From: Candidatus Eiseniibacteriota bacterium
GTDB taxonomy: Bacteria; Eisenbacteria; RBG-16-71-46; JABDJR01
Assembly: GCA_963762255.1 (NCBI GenBank)
Contig: CAVXKA010000003.1
Span: 288,001-352,000 of the forward strand
Direction: 5' to 3'
Length of the DNA: 64,000 bases
Shown: positions 28,058-38,396 of the stretch, one piece after another
How positions within the stretch are numbered: position 1 is the stretch's first letter
Layout of the letters: each line of letters opens with the position of its first letter
Translations under genes and position numbers: made by a program
Notes under the pieces: model-generated
The model's database searches: none
Seen by the model: the letters and a program-made list of their open reading frames with translations, nothing else
Told to the model about the DNA's origin: nothing

Positions 28058-29245
28058 ATGAAGTACGCCATCGTTTTGCCTGACGGCGCGGCTGACGTCG
28101 CGCTCCCCGAGTTCGACGGCCGCACGCCGCTGGAGGTCGCCCGGATTCCGCACATGGACTGGGTTGCCTCCAACGGGCGCGCCGGCCGCATCGTGACCAT
28201 TCCCGAGGGGTTCACGCCCGGCACGGACGTGGGCACGCTGTCGCTGCTCGGCTACGACCCGCACGTCTACTACTCGGGGCGAGCGCCCATCGAGGCCGCG
28301 GCCAAGGGGCTTTCCGCGCGATCCGATCAGATGATCTTCCGCTGCAACTTCGTCACGATCCTCGACGGGATAATGAAGGACAACACAGCCGGCCACATTC
28401 GGCAGGAGGAGACCGACCTGCTGATCGGTGACCTCGAGGCCGCGCTGAGGGCGGAAGGGTGTGAGTTCCACGCCGGCGTCACCTATCGCAACCTGATGCT
28501 GCTCTCCGACGCCGCCGATATGCAGCTCCAGTGCGCCCCACCGCACGACATCATCGACCAGCCGGTGGCGGCGCACGCGCCTCGGGGAATGGGGGCGGAG
28601 CGGGTCGTGCGCATCGAGAAGCTGGCGCACGATCTGCTCGCCGACCACGCGGTTAACCGCGAGCGGCGGGGCCAGGGGCGGACGCCCGTCACCGACATCT
28701 GGCTGTGGGGGCAGGGGCGTCCCGTCCGATTCGAGCCGTTTGCGGAGCGCTTCGGGCCGCGCGGGGCGATCATCACCGGCGTGGACATCCTGCGCGGCTT
28801 CGCGCGCCTGATGGATATGCAGATCATCGAGGTGCCGGGAGCGACGGGGTATCTGGATACCAACTACGCCGGCAAGGGCGAGGCGGCGGCACGAGCGATC
28901 GACGAATTCGACATGATCGTGGTCCACGTCGAGGCCGCGGACGAGTCCGCGCATATGGGCAGCCCGTCCGAGAAGGTGAAGGCGCTCGAGTGCATCGACG
29001 AGCTTGTCGTCGGGCCTCTGTTGCGCAAGCTGCAGGCGGGCGGTGACTGGCGAATGCTCGTAGCCGCGGATCATCCGACCCTCTGCACGACCCGGGGCCA
29101 CTCGGACGTGCCGCCGCTCTTCGCCTTTGCCGGCACGGGAATCGCAGCCGTGGAGCAGGTTCCGTTCACGGAGGCGGCCGCCGATCGCGGCGGCTACTGG
29201 ATCCGCGAGGGACACCGGCTCATGGAGACGTTCCTGCGGGGCTGA
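28058..29245 (+). CDS. apgM: cofactor-independent phosphoglycerate mutase family (ApgM; proposed homoserine-kinase-like subfamily)
   Basis: DGAAD, GRTPLE, PGTDVG, GRAPIEA, YRNL, PPHD, IWLWGQG, GATGYLDTNY, HVEAADESAH, ADHPT, H. Confidence 0.85.
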   Translation: MKYAIVLPDGAADVALPEFDGRTPLEVARIPHMDWVASNGRAGRIVTIPEGFTPGTDVGTLSLLGYDPHVYYSGRAPIEAAAKGLSARSDQMIFRCNFVTILDGIMKDNTAGHIRQEETDLLIGDLEAALRAEGCEFHAGVTYRNLMLLSDAADMQLQCAPPHDIIDQPVAAHAPRGMGAERVVRIEKLAHDLLADHAVNRERRGQGRTPVTDIWLWGQGRPVRFEPFAERFGPRGAIITGVDILRGFARLMDMQIIEVPGATGYLDTNYAGKGEAAARAIDEFDMIVVHVEAADESAHMGSPSEKVKALECIDELVVGPLLRKLQAGGDWRMLVAADHPTLCTTRGHSDVPPLFAFAGTGIAAVEQVPFTEAAADRGGYWIREGHRLMETFLRG

Positions 29246-29264
29246 GCGTACCTGACGCGCGACG

Positions 29265-30698
29265 TTACCGCTTGCGCACTCCCGCCAGCGCCTGATCCAG
29301 ATCCGCGATGACGTCGTCGGGGTGCTCCCCGCCGACGCACAGGCGCACCAGATTCGGCGGGATATGCGCCAGCTTGCGGCCTTCATCGCCCTGCTGCTGG
29401 TGGGTCGAGATGGCGGGGATCGTGGCCACGCTCTTGATGCGTCCCAGGTCGGTTGCCCGCCAGATGCGCTGCAGGCCGTCGAAGAACTTCTGGGCCGCTT
29501 CCGCTCCGCCCTTGACGCAGAACGACATCAGGTGGCCGTAGCGATTGACCGGCCGACCGTACATCTCGTCGTGCTCGGCGTCGACGAGCCACATGTACTT
29601 GCTCGCCAGCTCGTGCAGCGGGTGGTTCTTGAGTCCGAGGTACGCGACGTTCTCGACCAACGGGTGACCGGACAGCCACTCCGCGACTCTCTGGGTGCTG
29701 CGGCTCATGAGGTCCATCTTGGAGCGCAGCGTGCGCATGTCGTTGAGGGTCAGAATGGCCTGCACCGGGTGCAGGTTGGGGCCGTAGTCCCGGTTGGGCA
29801 GGTACTTGATGTAGAGCGCGAAGTCGTCCTTGAGCTCGGCGACCGGGATGTTCGACGTCAGGCCCTTGCGGGCGATGACCGCCCCGCAAACGCCGAAGCC
29901 ACTCGTGGTGAGGCTCTTCGTCGCCGACTGCACGACGATGTCGGCGCCATGGCAGATCGGCCGCAGCAGCGCCGGCGAGGCGACGGTGCTGTCGACGATG
30001 AGCGGCAGATTGTGGGCGTGCGCCAGGTCCGCCACGGCGCGGATGTCGAAGAACCCCTGCCCCGGGTTGCTCGGCAGCTCGCCGTAGAGGAATCGGGTGT
30101 TCTTGTCGATTCGCGACTCCCAAGAGTCCAGGTTCGTCGGATCCTCGATCCAGCGGCACTCGATGTCGCGCTCCTGCTGCAAGCGGACGTTGAACTGCTG
30201 GAACGTGCCGCCGTAGCACTGGGCGGTCGCGAGGAAGTTGCGAGGCTCGTAGACATTGTGGTGCTTGTGCATCAGGAACGGCTGCACCGCCGTCATGATG
30301 GCCGCCATGCCCGACGAGGTCGAGCAGCACGAGGTTTCGCCGTCGAAGCCGTACCCCTCCAGGAGTGCCAGCGCCCATTCGTAGTAGTAGGTCGAGGGGT
30401 TGGCGATGCGGGAGTAGCACCAGGTCGGGATCAGGTAGGCCAGTGCCGCGGCCATCTCGTCGGAGTCGCGGTAGGCCTGGGACGTCGAGAGGAAGATCGG
30501 CTCGATGATCGAACCCTGGTAGTCCTCGATCGCGTCCTGGACCGAATAGAGACCGTGAACCGCGATGGTGTCGAACTTCCACTTCTTGACGACGTCGCGG
30601 ATGTACGCGGTGCGCCGGGCCAGATACTCGTTGTTCTTTTCGATGTAGCGTTGCATCCCGGGTGTGATCTGTTGGACGTCGACGTCTGACATGGGCAA
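29265..30698 (-). CDS. Cys/Met metabolism PLP enzyme (O-acetylhomoserine aminocarboxypropyltransferase-like)
   Basis: YSRIANP, SSGMAAI, YGGT, ELPSNP, VDSTVA, SATK (PLP Lys), PAISTH, LVRLCVG. Confidence 0.85.
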   Translation of the reverse strand: MPMSDVDVQQITPGMQRYIEKNNEYLARRTAYIRDVVKKWKFDTIAVHGLYSVQDAIEDYQGSIIEPIFLSTSQAYRDSDEMAAALAYLIPTWCYSRIANPSTYYYEWALALLEGYGFDGETSCCSTSSGMAAIMTAVQPFLMHKHHNVYEPRNFLATAQCYGGTFQQFNVRLQQERDIECRWIEDPTNLDSWESRIDKNTRFLYGELPSNPGQGFFDIRAVADLAHAHNLPLIVDSTVASPALLRPICHGADIVVQSATKSLTTSGFGVCGAVIARKGLTSNIPVAELKDDFALYIKYLPNRDYGPNLHPVQAILTLNDMRTLRSKMDLMSRSTQRVAEWLSGHPLVENVAYLGLKNHPLHELASKYMWLVDAEHDEMYGRPVNRYGHLMSFCVKGGAEAAQKFFDGLQRIWRATDLGRIKSVATIPAISTHQQQGDEGRKLAHIPPNLVRLCVGGEHPDDVIADLDQALAGVRKR

Positions 30699-30831
30699 CC
30701 TCCGGGAAGAGAACCTTGTTGAGCAACCGACCGCGCGCTAGCATACAGCAGCCTCGCGCGCGTTGAGAAGCGCTCGTCGGTTCGCGTTTCTCCGCCGCGA
30801 CTAAACGAAACGTCCAAGGAGCCCGCCGAAC

Positions 30832-32208
30832 ATGGCTGACGAGCCCGTTCTCTTCTACAGCACAAATCGAACCATCCCGAAAGCGGACCTCCGGACGGCC
30901 CTGCTCCAGGGGCAGGCGGCCGACAGAGGACTGTTCATGCCGGACCGCGTGCCGCCGCTCGATTCGGCCGACCTCGCCGCGCTTGCCGATAAATCCTATC
31001 CGGAGATCGCCCACTTCGTGCTGCGGCGATTCACGGCCGGAGTCCTCGAGGACGAGGAGTTGCGCGCGCTGTGCGAGGACGCCTACGACTACGAGGTGCC
31101 TCTCGAGCAGGTGACCGGCCGCCGTTGGCTGCTGCGCCTCGACCGCGGGCCGACAGCCTCTTTCAAGGATTTCGCCGCCCGCATGATGGCCCGCTGGATG
31201 GGAGCCTTCATGGCGGACGTGCGCGGCGAGCTGGTCATTCTCACCGCCACGTCGGGAGACACGGGGAGCGCCGTGGCCCACGCTTACCACGGCGTGCCCC
31301 GCGTGCAGAGCGTCGTGCTCTTCCCCGTCGCGGAGGTCTCGGCGCGCCAACGCCGGCAGATGACCACGCTGGGGGGAAACGTCACCACCTTCGCGGTGGA
31401 CGGCAAGTTCGACGACTGCCAGGCCATGGTCAAGCGCGCCTTCGCCGACCCCGACCTGGCGGGACTCCGCCTGAGCAGCGCCAACTCGATCAACATCGGC
31501 CGCCTGCTTCCGCAGTCCGTCTACTACGTCTATGCCTACGTGCGACTCGCCGACGTGCGCGCGCGCGAGCCGATCGTTTTCTCCGTGCCGTCCGGGAATT
31601 TCGGCGACATGATGGGTGCCGTGCTGGCGATGCGCATGGGACTGCCGATCTCGCGCATCGTCATCGCCACGAACGCGAACGACGAGGTGCCCCGCTTCTT
31701 CGCCAGCGGACACTACGAGAAGATCGTGCCGTCGCGCGTCTGCATCTCCAACGCGATGAACGTGGGCCACCCCTCGAACCTCGCGCGCCTGGTGGACGCG
31801 TACGGCGGCTGGATGGACGAGACGGGGATCCTGCGCGAGCCGCCCGATATGGCCGCGTTGCGCCGGGATTTTCACGTCGTGAGCATCTCCGACGAGGAGA
31901 CGCGCGCCACGATCCGGGAAACCTGGGAACAGCACCGGGTCCTGATCGAGCCGCACGGCGCGGTCGGTTGGGCGGGCTTGAAGCGCTTTCTGGCTGCGCC
32001 CGATGCGCCGGTCGACCCGCTCGCCGTCTCGGTGGAGACGGCGCACCCGGCGAAGTTCCCGGAGGAGATCCAGGAGCTGCTCGGCATCGACCCGCCGCTG
32101 CCGCCAAGCCTTGCCGGGCTCGAGTCCAAGCAGGAGGAGTACGGGCACTTGACGGGAGCGTACGAGCCGTTCCGGGATCTGCTGAAGGAGCGCTTCCTCG
32201 TTACCTGA
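30832..32208 (+). CDS. thrC: threonine synthase
   Basis: DRGLFMP, GPTASFKD, ATSGDTG, FDDCQ, SANSINIGRL, VPSGNFG, ETAHPAKF. Confidence 0.95.
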   Translation: MADEPVLFYSTNRTIPKADLRTALLQGQAADRGLFMPDRVPPLDSADLAALADKSYPEIAHFVLRRFTAGVLEDEELRALCEDAYDYEVPLEQVTGRRWLLRLDRGPTASFKDFAARMMARWMGAFMADVRGELVILTATSGDTGSAVAHAYHGVPRVQSVVLFPVAEVSARQRRQMTTLGGNVTTFAVDGKFDDCQAMVKRAFADPDLAGLRLSSANSINIGRLLPQSVYYVYAYVRLADVRAREPIVFSVPSGNFGDMMGAVLAMRMGLPISRIVIATNANDEVPRFFASGHYEKIVPSRVCISNAMNVGHPSNLARLVDAYGGWMDETGILREPPDMAALRRDFHVVSISDEETRATIRETWEQHRVLIEPHGAVGWAGLKRFLAAPDAPVDPLAVSVETAHPAKFPEEIQELLGIDPPLPPSLAGLESKQEEYGHLTGAYEPFRDLLKERFLVT

Positions 32209-32257
32209 GGCGGCGCAGTTCCCGCGCGAGTCGTCGGGAGCGGGATCCGTCGAGGCC

Positions 32258-33505
32258 CTACCGCTCCCCCAGCAGCACCAGCCGCAGCCGGTTGAGCTCC
32301 GTCATGGTGCTTCGGCGAATGACGATCTCCCGCGCGCCTGGATACGTGGAGCGATACGCCCGCGTGCCGTCGGGGGCGGCGATCGCGCTGTGGACGAGAC
32401 CCACCGGCTTCTCCGTGGTGCCGCCAGTCGGCCCGGCGATTCCCGTGGTGGCCACGACCACGTCCACACCGCTTCGCTCGCGAAGCCCTTCGGCCATGGC
32501 CCGCGCCACGTCTTCGCTCACCGCGCCGTGCCTCTCGATCAGCGCTTCCGGCACGCCCAGCAGCTCCACCTTCGCGCGGTTCGAGTACGCCACCACTCCA
32601 CGATCCACGTAGCGGCTCGCACCGGGGACCGAGGTCAGCATCGCCGCGATCGCCCCGCCGGTGCACGACTCGGCGGTTGCCACGCGCCATCCGAGTTGCA
32701 CGAGCAGTTCCCCCACCACCTGCTGGAGCGTCTCCCCCATCGTGCCGTAGATGTGGCTCTTGAGGTGCTCCCGCAGCACCGCCTCGGCAACGGCCAGGCG
32801 CGCGTCGGCCGCCACCGCATCATCCTCGCGCGCGGTGAGCTTGAGGTTCACGCCCGGCAACTGCGGGTAGAACGCGAGATCCACGCCCACAAGCGTGTCG
32901 AACACCGGCTGGAACCGCGCGATGAGCTCCGACTCGCCGATCCCGATCGTCTTGAGCACGCGAGTGTGCAGCGCGGTCAGCGGCCGGTTGGCGCGCAGCC
33001 AGGGGAGTATCGACTCCTCCAGGATGGCCTTCATCTCTCGCGGGATGCCCGGCACCGAGAAGAGCACGGATCCCCCCGACTCCATGCGGAAACCGGGCGC
33101 AGTGCCGGCGGGGTTGCGGACCGGCACCGCGCCCTCGGGAAGCGTAGCCTGGGTGAGGTTGGTCTGCGGCATCGTCGCGTGGCCGAAAGTCGCGAAGATC
33201 GCTCGCATCTCCGGCAGTAGTTCTTCGCGAAGCAAGCGTCCGACTCCGAACGCCAGCGCGATCCCGTCGCGGGTCCTGTCGTCGGGTGTGGGCCCGAGGC
33301 CCCCGGTCACGATCACGACTTCCGCGCGCGCCATGGCCTGGCGCACCGCCGTCGCGATCTCCTCGACGTCATCCCCCACCGTGACGTGGCGAGAGACGGC
33401 AATGCCCAGATCCTTGAAGGCCCGGGCGAGATCGCGGGCGTTGGTGTCGAGGATATCGCCGGCGAGGAGCTCCGCGCCGACGGTGAGGATCTCAGCGCGC
33501 AACAC
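32258..33505 (-). CDS. cinA: CinA (MocF-like + NMN deamidase PncC domain)
   Basis: VGAELLAGDILDTN, TGGLGPTPDD, GTAPG, PGIPRE, AESCTGG, HGAVS, TGIAGP. Confidence 0.94.
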   Translation of the reverse strand: MLRAEILTVGAELLAGDILDTNARDLARAFKDLGIAVSRHVTVGDDVEEIATAVRQAMARAEVVIVTGGLGPTPDDRTRDGIALAFGVGRLLREELLPEMRAIFATFGHATMPQTNLTQATLPEGAVPVRNPAGTAPGFRMESGGSVLFSVPGIPREMKAILEESILPWLRANRPLTALHTRVLKTIGIGESELIARFQPVFDTLVGVDLAFYPQLPGVNLKLTAREDDAVAADARLAVAEAVLREHLKSHIYGTMGETLQQVVGELLVQLGWRVATAESCTGGAIAAMLTSVPGASRYVDRGVVAYSNRAKVELLGVPEALIERHGAVSEDVARAMAEGLRERSGVDVVVATTGIAGPTGGTTEKPVGLVHSAIAAPDGTRAYRSTYPGAREIVIRRSTMTELNRLRLVLLGER

Positions 33506-33962
33506 TGGTGTCCGCAGCCGCTTTGCCCAGGGTGTCACCCACCGCAGCCCCGGTCGAATCCACCAGACCCTCCAGCACGATCCCATGCTCTTTCATGAAC
33601 TCCGGCCTCGCCGGCACAGGCAAGATCTCGCGCGCCTTGATGGGGTCCACCAGACCGCGGTGCATCGTGTCGGCCAGCGTCAGCACGAAGAAGATGCCCA
33701 GAAACGCCAGCGATCCCAGCAGGATCACCCCGTTGAACTTCTCGTCGTACTTGAGGTGCATGAAGAACAGCGCAACCAGGCTCGCTTTCACCGTCGCGAC
33801 GGCCATGGCCACGATCAGGTTCCAGGTTCCGAAGTTGAAGTAGGAGACCCGCACGGTGATGAAGGTGAGAACCAGAAGCGCGCCCCACACCAACAGATAG
33901 GTGCGCAGGGGCAGGACGTGGGGCTTGCGGGGTCCGCTCGCGGCGGCGTGCGCGTGGCTCAT
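33492..33962 (-). CDS. ctaF: cytochrome c oxidase subunit IV (caa3 type)
   Basis: LLVLTFITV, KASLVALFFMHLKY; follows subunit III. Confidence 0.85.
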   Translation of the reverse strand: MSHAHAAASGPRKPHVLPLRTYLLVWGALLVLTFITVRVSYFNFGTWNLIVAMAVATVKASLVALFFMHLKYDEKFNGVILLGSLAFLGIFFVLTLADTMHRGLVDPIKAREILPVPARPEFMKEHGIVLEGLVDSTGAAVGDTLGKAAADTSVAR

Positions 33963-33968
33963 GTTCGT

Positions 33969-34622
33969 CTAGCCCACCAGATAGAAGAGAGGGAAGAGGT
34001 AGATCCAAATGAGGTCCACCAGATGCCAGTAGATCCCGACCAGCTCGACCGGCGTGTGATACTCGGCGGAGAACTGCCGCTGGAGCGAACGACGAAGGAT
34101 CCACGCGATCACCACGATCCCCGCCACCACGTGAAGCCCGTGCAACCCGGTCATCATGAAGTAGAGCCCGAAGAAGATGTTCCCGTTCACCGGCTCGCCG
34201 GCGCCGTGCGGGTTGTACCAGAAACCGGGCAGGAGTCCGTGCTGGAACTTCTCCGCGTACTCGAAGTACTTGATCACCAGGAACGTCGCCGCGAACGCGA
34301 GCGTGAGGCTCAGGAACGTGATGAGCTTGGTCTGCTGACTCGTCTGCGCCGCCCGCACCGCCAGCGCCATCGTGAGGCTGGAGCAGATGAGCACCACGGT
34401 ATTGGTCCCGCCGAGAATCCGGTTCAGGTGGTGGTGCGATTCCAGGAACATCTTGGGGTGCATGTTCTGAAACACCACGAAGGCCACAAAGAGCCCGCCG
34501 AAGAGCAGGATCTCGGTGGCCAGGAAGATCCAGAAGCCGAGCTTGGCGGCGCTGAACTCCTGGTCGGCGTCGGCGTAGTGGTGCCCGACCTCATGCTTCC
34601 ACTCTCGCGACGGCGTCGTCAT
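33969..34622 (-). CDS. ctaE: cytochrome c oxidase subunit III
   Basis: [40 protein letters not shown]. Confidence 0.93.
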   Translation of the reverse strand: MTTPSREWKHEVGHHYADADQEFSAAKLGFWIFLATEILLFGGLFVAFVVFQNMHPKMFLESHHHLNRILGGTNTVVLICSSLTMALAVRAAQTSQQTKLITFLSLTLAFAATFLVIKYFEYAEKFQHGLLPGFWYNPHGAGEPVNGNIFFGLYFMMTGLHGLHVVAGIVVIAWILRRSLQRQFSAEYHTPVELVGIYWHLVDLIWIYLFPLFYLVG

Positions 34623-36253
34623 GCGCGGGCTTCCCCTCCGTAGACCTTCTGGTAGTCGTAGAGCCCGGGATCGAGCGTCGGAAGCACGTCGAAGTTCTCG
34701 ACCGGCGGCGGCGACGGGGTGCGCCACTCCAACCCCAGCGAGCCCCAGGGGTTGGCCGGCGCCGTCTCCCCGTCCCGCAGCGACTTCACCAGATAGGCCG
34801 CCATGATCAGAAAGCCCGCCCCGAGAATCCACGACCCGAAGGTCGAGAACTGGTGCAGCCCCTGAAACTGCTCGAGATAGTCGTAGTAGCGCCGGGGCAT
34901 CCCCTTGCTCCCCAGCACGAACTGGGTGAGGAACGTGACGTTGAAGCCCACGAACACGAACAGCGCGGCAACGCGCGCCATGCGCTCGCTGTACATCCGC
35001 CCCGTCATCTTGGGCCACCAGTAGTGGAGCCCCGCGAGGAACGCCATCACCGTGCCCCCCATCATCACGTAGTGGAAGTGAGCCACGACGAAGTAGGTGT
35101 CGTGGAGGTGCACGTCCACCGACAGCGCTCCGAGAAAGATGCCGGTGAGCCCGCCGATCGAGAAGAGGAACATGAAGGACAGCGCGTAGAGCATCGGCGC
35201 GTCCAACGCAATCGACCCTTTGTACAGGGTGGCGGTCCAGTTGAACATCTTGATCGCGGAAGGGATGGCCACGAAGAAGGTGAGGAAGGAGAAGATCATG
35301 GTCGAAAGCTCGGACTGGCCGGAGACGAACATGTGGTGGCCCCAGACCAGGAAGCCGAGCACGGCGATGGCGATCGAGGAGAACGCGATGAAGCGGTAGC
35401 CGAAGATATGGCGCCGCGAGAAGGTCGAGATGACCTCGCTGATGATGCCCATCCCCGGGAGGATCATGATGTACACGGCGGGATGCGAGTAGAACCAGAA
35501 GAAGTGCTGGAAGAGAACGGGGTCGCCGCCCAGAGCCGGGTCGAAGATACCAATGTGGAGCACGCGCTCCGCAACCAGCAACAGCAGCGTGATCCCCAGC
35601 ACCGGTGTGGCCAGCACCTGGATGAGCGCGGTCCCGTAGAGCGACCAGATGAAGAGCGGCATGTCGAACCAGCCCATCCCCGGCATGCGCAGCTTGTGGA
35701 TGGTGACCACGAAATTGAGCCCGGTGAAGATGGACGAGAACCCGAGGATGAAGATGCCGAGTCCCATCCAGATCACCGACGTCTGGCTCTGGACGCTGTA
35801 CGGCGTGTAGAACGTCCAGCCGGTGTCCACCCCCTTGGTGAGGATGGCGGTGATGGTGAAGATCGCTCCGATCACCCAGAGGTAGAAGCTGGTGAGGTTG
35901 AGGCGCGGGAAGGCGACGTCCTTGGCCCCCAGCATAATCGGCAGGAAGAAGTTTCCGAGCGCGGCGGGGATGGACGGGATGATGAAGAGGAAGATCATCA
36001 CGATCCCGTGCAACGTGAAGACCTGGTTGTAGGTCTCCGCCCCCATGATGGTGCGACCGGTGTGAATGAGTTCCAGCCGGATGAGCATGGCCATGATGCC
36101 GCCGACCAGGAAGGCCAGCGTGATCCCGCAGAGGTAGAGGATCCCGATCCGCTTGTGGTCGAGCGTGTAGAGCCAGCTCCGGATGCCCCTGGCCGCCGCC
36201 AGGTAGCTCACGCCGCCCGGATGCCCGGATGCCGCGGTGCTTTGAGTCGTCAT
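34619..36253 (-). CDS. ctaD: cytochrome c oxidase subunit I (A2-type heme-copper oxidase)
   Basis: [20 protein letters not shown] (YS motif indicates A2), [20 protein letters not shown]. Confidence 0.97.
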   Translation of the reverse strand: MTTQSTAASGHPGGVSYLAAARGIRSWLYTLDHKRIGILYLCGITLAFLVGGIMAMLIRLELIHTGRTIMGAETYNQVFTLHGIVMIFLFIIPSIPAALGNFFLPIMLGAKDVAFPRLNLTSFYLWVIGAIFTITAILTKGVDTGWTFYTPYSVQSQTSVIWMGLGIFILGFSSIFTGLNFVVTIHKLRMPGMGWFDMPLFIWSLYGTALIQVLATPVLGITLLLLVAERVLHIGIFDPALGGDPVLFQHFFWFYSHPAVYIMILPGMGIISEVISTFSRRHIFGYRFIAFSSIAIAVLGFLVWGHHMFVSGQSELSTMIFSFLTFFVAIPSAIKMFNWTATLYKGSIALDAPMLYALSFMFLFSIGGLTGIFLGALSVDVHLHDTYFVVAHFHYVMMGGTVMAFLAGLHYWWPKMTGRMYSERMARVAALFVFVGFNVTFLTQFVLGSKGMPRRYYDYLEQFQGLHQFSTFGSWILGAGFLIMAAYLVKSLRDGETAPANPWGSLGLEWRTPSPPPVENFDVLPTLDPGLYDYQKVYGGEARA

Positions 36254-36284
36254 GAGACGCTGCCTCGCTCGGGAATGTCCCGCG

Positions 36285-37226
36285 CTACTTGAGAGACTTG
36301 ATGTACTCGATCAGGCCGTCGATGTCCTGCGGCTTGAGGGTTCCCGCATAGGTCGGCATGACCGGCTGGAAGCCCTTCACCACCTGCGATCCGGGATCGA
36401 GGATCGACTGGCGGATGTAGTTCTCGTCCGCGGTCACCGTGCCGCCGTCGGCGAGATCCACCGAGTGACCGAAGATGCCCTGGAACGACGGTCCGGTCTT
36501 CACGCTGCCGTCGATGGAATGGCACGTGACGCACGCCTTCGACTTGTAGAGCTGCTCCCCCCACTGGGCGAGCGACACCCCCGGCCCGGGCCCGCTTCCC
36601 GCCTCCAGCCACTTCTGGAAATCGCTCGCGGGCAGGACGTGCACCTTCCCCAGCATCTCGGAGTGCCCGGTGCCGCAGTATTCGGCGCAGAAGAGATCGT
36701 AGTCGCCGGGGATGGTGGCCTCGAACCAGAGAGTGGTGTAGCGATTGGGAAGGGCATCCTGCTTCACACGAAACGCGGGGATGTAGAAGCTGTGGATGAC
36801 GTCCTCGGAACGCAGCGTCACCTTGACCGGCTGCCCCACCGGCACCGTCATCTCGTTCACCGCCACGTTTCCGTTGGGGTGCGTCACCTCCCACAGCCAC
36901 TTCTTCCCGGTGACGTTGTACTGAAGCGAGTTCCCCGGCGCCACCGACAGGGTCATGTATCCCCGGAAGCCCCAGAAGAACACCAGAATGACCAGCGCGA
37001 GCGGAATGACCGTCCAGGCGATCTCGAGCGGCGTGTTGTGGGTCGTGCTGGGCTCAAGCTTCTGCCCGGCCCGCCGCCGGTAGCGCAGCACGAAGATCGT
37101 GGAGAGGCCCACGATCAAGACGAAGAAGAAGACGCTACCCCAGAAGATGAAGTAATAGAGGGAGTCCACCTGATGGGCGACGGTGGACGCCTGAGGGGGC
37201 AGTTGCAGCGTTCCGTTTCCGGTCAT
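36285..37226 (-). CDS. ctaC: cytochrome c oxidase subunit II with fused cytochrome c
   Basis: [24 protein letters not shown] CuA site, C-terminal CVTCH...MP. Confidence 0.95.
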   Translation of the reverse strand: MTGNGTLQLPPQASTVAHQVDSLYYFIFWGSVFFFVLIVGLSTIFVLRYRRRAGQKLEPSTTHNTPLEIAWTVIPLALVILVFFWGFRGYMTLSVAPGNSLQYNVTGKKWLWEVTHPNGNVAVNEMTVPVGQPVKVTLRSEDVIHSFYIPAFRVKQDALPNRYTTLWFEATIPGDYDLFCAEYCGTGHSEMLGKVHVLPASDFQKWLEAGSGPGPGVSLAQWGEQLYKSKACVTCHSIDGSVKTGPSFQGIFGHSVDLADGGTVTADENYIRQSILDPGSQVVKGFQPVMPTYAGTLKPQDIDGLIEYIKSLK

Positions 37227-38072
37227 GCCTGGATTCCTGATGCCGTCGCCGGGCGGTGGCGGCGCCGTTCCCTGGTCCAGAGGACCGCGAGTAGGGCGCC
37301 CAACACGATCAACGAAACGAGGCCGCCCGCCTTCATGACGTTCGCGGCGACCAGCGCGTACTTGTGCGTCTTGGGATCGTACTGGTAGCAGTACATCAGG
37401 AACTTGTCGAGCGGCGTACCCAGCCGACCCTGGGACGCTTCGGTCAGCGACAACCGAAGATCCTTGGGCGAGAACTCGATCCCGTAGAGGGTGCGGCTGA
37501 TCGTTCCCTCCGGGGTGAGTACGAACATGCCCGCCGGGTGCGCGTACTGCTTGCGAATCGGATCGTAGCGATAGCCGAAACCGAGCGCGTCGGCGAGCCG
37601 GTGCGTCTCGGTGGAGTCACCGACCAGAAAGTGCCATCCCGCCGCGACCTCGGGCTTTCCCAACTCCGCAACGTGGGTCGCCTTCTTCCCCGCCGCCAGC
37701 GCGGCCGTGTCGTGCGGGTCGAAGCTCACCGTGACCACGGTGTAGTCGCGTCCGGGGATCCAGTCCAGTTGCTTTGCGGCGGCCAGGTAGCCGTTCAGCA
37801 CCTGCGTGCAGAGCATCGGGCAACTGTAGTAGACGAGCTGCATCAGGACCGGCTGCTCGTGGTCCGAAGAACGCACCGAGCCGCACCGGCTGCCCGGTCT
37901 CGTCGACCAGTGCGATGTCCAACGGGATCGAATCCCCGGATCGGTCGATGAGATCGATCCCCTGGAGCTCGGCAGGAACCTGATCGGGCGCGTCCTGCGC
38001 CGTCGCGAGCGCCGGCCCCCGAAGCATGGAAAGGAGGATCGCCCCGAGGACGAACCGGGAAGTGCGCATCAT
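37223..38072 (-). CDS. SCO family copper chaperone; one apparent frameshift near 37864
   Basis: N-terminal half MMRTSRF..DETGQPVRLGAFF joins DHEQPVL..YYSCPMLC..SFDP..YAHP..CYQYDP if one G is removed. Confidence 0.85.
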
Positions 38073-38380
38073 CCGCCCTGCCGGGCGCTTCGGGCCGCGC
38101 GGGCTTCCCGGGTCATGATCTCCATGGCCTTGTCGACGGGGATGCGCACGATGCCCTTCTGTTGATCCACCCACCCGTACGAGTTCAGGATCTCCGCTTC
38201 CTGGGCCCGCAGCTCCGCCAGCTTGGGGTTGGAGAGCGAGAGCACCTTGCGGTAGACCTCCTGGTTTCGCGAGACGGCGAAGAACGAGTTGAGCCAGGCC
38301 ATCGCCGACACGAAGAGGATCGCGCCCACGATGCCGCTCGTCAGGATCCAGCCGGTGCGAATGCCGCTGCCCGAAGACAT
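38069..38380 (-). CDS. small membrane protein of ACIII-oxidase operons (ActG-like)
   Basis: One TM helix, then LNSYGWVD..GIVRIPVDKAM; lies between actF and SCO. Confidence 0.65.
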   Translation of the reverse strand: MSSGSGIRTGWILTSGIVGAILFVSAMAWLNSFFAVSRNQEVYRKVLSLSNPKLAELRAQEAEILNSYGWVDQQKGIVRIPVDKAMEIMTREARAARSARQGG

Positions 38381-38396
38381 GCTCAGCGCGCCTCCA

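Noticed and set aside
37855-37870. SCO as two genes or a programmed frameshift
   Set aside because: One extra G explains the break, there is no slippery motif, and similar indels occur elsewhere in the window.
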